DNA of 64,000 nt, taken from positions 5,890,001 to 5,954,000 of the forward strand of contig CDRNST010000020.1 in assembly GCA_977016875.1 (NCBI GenBank), read 5' to 3'. Numbering within the stretch: the first letter of the stretch is position 1; each line of letters starts with the position of its first letter. The notes beneath the pieces are model-generated. The model saw only the letters and a program-made list of their open reading frames with translations, ran no database searches and was not told the origin of the DNA. The position numbers were made by a program, and so were the translations under genes. Positions 60,263 through 64,000 of the stretch are shown piece by piece. The DNA is from Pavona decussata (Eukaryota).

Positions 60263-63200
60263 CACTCCCCCTGTTAAAGTTCTCCGCAACTTTAATATAT
60301 AGCTCTTGTCAGCGCTTCAGTCCTCTTCATCCTCGTTCACCATTATGCCAACCAGTCGGTTCCTTGCTGTTTGACTTGCTTGTCGTTCCGCTCTGCTTTT
60401 ATGTGGAAGTGTGCTCTCTGTTGGAAGACCACCGTGCTCAGTGTTACCGCTGACCGGTCTACATTCGTCATTTGCACCACCAATCTCCTAATCACATATC
60501 AGCTGAAGGGGTCTCTCGACAACGTATCCATTTCCTGTCAGGATCTTGTATTTCCTAGTGACTCCGTCCTTCCCTACGATTGCCTCTACAATACGCCCGA
60601 TCCTCCAATTCGCTCTGTGCTTCGTTGAATCCTTAATAAGTACAAGTGAACCAATGCCCATTGTTGCTCTCTGTTTCTCTGTATGATGGGTGTGGTGACG
60701 CTCTTGCAGAGCTCGAAGGTACTCATTCAACTAACAATTCTGGACGTTGTCTCGACATGTCTTCAAATATCGTAATCTTCTGGTCATCTCTGTTGCTTCA
60801 TCCAGGTCTTTGCTGTTTTCTTCTAGAAAGCGAGTTGGTTGCCCACGCAACAAGAGATTTGGTGTAACCACTGGTGTTTCGAAGTCTTCTCCCATGTAAC
60901 AAAGTGGCCGGTTGTTCAGGAAGGTCTCCACATCTAATAAGACTTCCTCAAGCTCCTCAAACTTCAGTAGTGCTCTTCCGATTGCTTTAGAAAGGCTGTT
61001 CTTCATAAGGCCAATCAATCTCTCAAAGAATCCGCCCCACCATGAAGCACGTGACATGTTGAATTTCCATTGTATGTCTTTGGTGGCTAAGTAGTTGAAG
61101 AGGTCTTCATCTTTTCGCAGCGTCGACAACCACTTCTTCGCTGCTTGGAAGGTCTTTGCGTTGTCACTCACTATCAGCTCCTGTGCGCCTCATCAGGCAA
61201 CAAACTCCTTTACGCTTTGCTTGAATTCTTCGACTGTCATATCCTTGCATAGTTTCAAGTGCACTGCTCTTGTACTTGCACGTGTGAAAAGTGTGACGTA
61301 AGCTTTACCAGTTTCACGGTTACCGGATTTGTACAAGAGAGGCCCGGCAAAGTCCACTCCAGTGACCTTAAATGCTTCTGTGAATTCCGTTCTGAACTTT
61401 GGTAAGGCTGCAGTGGGTGGAGCACCAAGAACCTTCACTCGGTATTTCTTGCAATGGTCACATTTGCGGCGTACGCTCTTGACCAGTGATCTTAACTTGG
61501 GAATCCAGTATTTTTGTTGCACCTTGTACATTGTTGTCGCGACTCCCCCATGCAACGTTTGTAGATGACAGTGTTCTATGATGCATCTCGCCAAGGCTGA
61601 GTTTCTTGGAATGAAGATAGGAGTGCTGCCCTGAATCCTTTCATAGCACCTTTGAATTCCGACTTCATCTTTGGCGAGTCTCAAATTGGAGGTCATGTCA
61701 CTTGTTGCTTGAGTGATTCGTACCCATGTTTCCTTTGCTTCGCAAATCTCTGATTTTCTGAGTGGCCCCTCTCGTCGAGTCTTTCTGCATTTGTTTATGA
61801 ACCGATTCATGTAGGCGGTTATGCGCAGTAGCTTCCAGTAGGGGAGCTTCTTCAACATCTCCTCTTCCCAGTTCTTGATGGTTTCTTGTGACGAATCCTT
61901 CACCAGCAGCATCGTTTCTTTCTTGCCCTTCTCAGATTTGGCTTCCTTGGTTTCCAGAATCGCTGGTTGCGCCGGTCTGTTTGATTTGTCAGAGAGCCAG
62001 CTCAGTCCCTTGAACCATAGTACGTTGAGTTTACCAGATGCTGACCCTCGAGTTCCAAAATCGCTTGGGTTTTCCTTTGTTGGGACGTAGTTCCATGTTG
62101 CATCCGTCAGTTCACCGATCTTCTTCACTCGATTGCCTACGAAAGTTGTCCATTCTCCACGATTTGCCAGTCAGCATAGCACTGTAATGCTGTCCACCCA
62201 GTTGTGGTAGAATGAAATGGGGAATGAAACCAACGCTTTGCTCGCATTGCTCTGAAGTTTAGCCAATGTGTGTGCTGCGACCAACTCCAGTCGTGGGATG
62301 CTCATCTCTTTGGGCGCTACTCTGGACTTAGCCACAAGTAGGTTTTGGTCTACCGGTGTGGAGTCTTGAAATGTCACAATGTACAATGCAGCACAAACGG
62401 CAACCTTGTTGGCATCTGAGAACCCATGAACCTCAAAGTGTGTTCGTTGATGCCTGAAAACACAGCGTGGTACTGTAACAGTTGGAGCTTTTTGTAAGCT
62501 GGTGACCCATGCATCCCATTTCCTTTGAACCTCGTTTGGCACCTCTTCGTCCCTTTGTAGTTTGAGCAGACACACTTCGCTGAAGATCAGCTCTGCAGTA
62601 ATTGTCACCGGAGCACTCCAACCAAGTACGTCATAGACGCTGTTTATCGCCGAGATTATTTTCCTCTTTGTCAACGGCTTCGACACCTTGAGGCATGTCT
62701 TGAAGTCAACAGCAAGCGTGTCCTTTGTCTTGTTCCAGAGGGTACCGAAAACCTTCGTCTCACTGTTCTCCTTGTGACCAACCAAAGCTTTGGCATATGT
62801 TTCCTCCTCGCCAGGTTTTTTGTTCGAGTTCAGGCCTGCCGCGTTGCTATGCCACTTGTGTAGTGAGAAACCGCCTTCCGATAGAATCTTGGTCAACTCT
62901 TCTTTGAACGCGATGGCGTTATCAACTTCATTGACGCTTCTTTGAACGCGACGGCGTCTTCAACTTCATTGACTCCTCCTTGGATGTCGTCAACGTAAGT
63001 ATCTTCCAGTAATGCTTTTGCCGTGGGGGTAATTTTTTCCTGGTAATCTCTGATGTGCTTCTGTAGTGTCGCTCTAAGGATGTATGGACTGGACGTGGCC
63101 CCAAAGATCACTCTCGTAAATCGGTACTCTGTTACATTCCGGCTAGCAAGATTGTCGTACCATAAGATTCTTTGTGCTTCCCTGTCCTTTTCGTCTACTC

Positions 63201-64000
63201 TGATCTGAAGGAACGCCTTCTTGACATCTCCTGTGATGCAGAATTTCCTCATTCTGTTTCAAAGAAGGATGTCGAGCTGGAGAGGTTGCAACGGTGGTCC
63301 AGTGTCCAAGCAATCATTTAAGGATGGACTTTGGCTGTTCTCTCGTGCAGAACAATCGTACACGATCCTCATCTTTGTTGTCTCAGCATTTTCGTGAATG
63401 ACTGCTTGGTGAGGAATGTAATGTACCACCTCCCCCGTTGGCTGTGGGGGCACTGGCTCGATGATTCCCTCAGTGATCTGGTCCTGCATGATCTTATCGT
63501 ACTCTGGTAGCTTCCTGGTCCTTTCAAGCTTCCTCACCGTGCTGTTAAGTCGAGCTGCCGATAGATTCCTGTTTGAGGGAAGGGGGACATGCCCCTCTTT
63601 CCATGGCAACTTTGTGTTGGAGAAAATCTGCGTGAACTATAGCGTTCGTTTTCGTCTCGGCGTCCGAAAGTCCTAGTACGTCTAATGAGCACAACTTCCC
63701 AAATTCTTCCGGTCCAGTCTTCAGTAGAAATTGTTTCTCCGGTCCACATTCTGTCACCAGCTGTCGTCCGAAGATGGTCCAACCAAGCATCATGAATTCA
63801 GCGCCACGGTCCTTGTCTGGATTCGCTCCCAAGATCAGTGGTTCTGTTGTCCCTATCCTTTGGTAATCTGCCGCTCCGAGAATGATATGGACTGGAATGG
63901 AATCGTCCTTTGTTTCTTCCTCGCTGAAGGTTAGTCTTCTTAAACGGCCATGTTTTCTTTTCAAGGACTGGACACTTGGATTGGGCAGGTAAGTGAGTGT
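59922..64000 (-). mobile_element. BEL/Pao LTR retrotransposon, 3' part (degenerate pol + 3' LTR)
   Basis: RT (RIVYDCS, DVKKAFLQ, FGATSSP, YVDD), RNase H (HGFSDA, IPRLEL), integrase (HHCC, GVDFAGP, SDNA, WWGGFFERL) and a DUF5641-type tail; multiple stops and frameshifts; runs off the window end. Confidence 0.97.

Overview
AT-rich, intron-containing eukaryotic DNA. The repeat and transposon families look cnidarian (stony-coral-like), which is an inference. No intact host gene is recognisable. The window is a dense nest of decayed mobile elements. From left to right: an Academ end inserted in a Gypsy 5' fragment; a spliced RAG1/Transib-like transposase split by a 5-kb TIR/TSD-bounded element; BEL, L1/Tx1 and EnSpm/BEN remnants; a 37-bp palindrome-containing minisatellite; a spliced Sola1-like (DUF7869-type) transposase; a CRE LINE tail; a TRT-like Tc1 element with 393-bp TIRs nested in a Kolobok-like MITE; an intron-containing ~917-codon zinc-finger/tyrosine-recombinase gene; an AcademH-like fragment; an IS3EU-like element with a convergent HECT E3-ligase gene; a P-like transposase interrupted by a DIRS element, which itself carries an L2 fragment; and the 3' part of a BEL/Pao LTR retrotransposon. 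The most notable pattern recurs in two divergent copies: a P/THAP9-like transposase arranged tail-to-tail with a HIRAN-domain gene. All family calls come from motif recognition by eye; no database searches were run.
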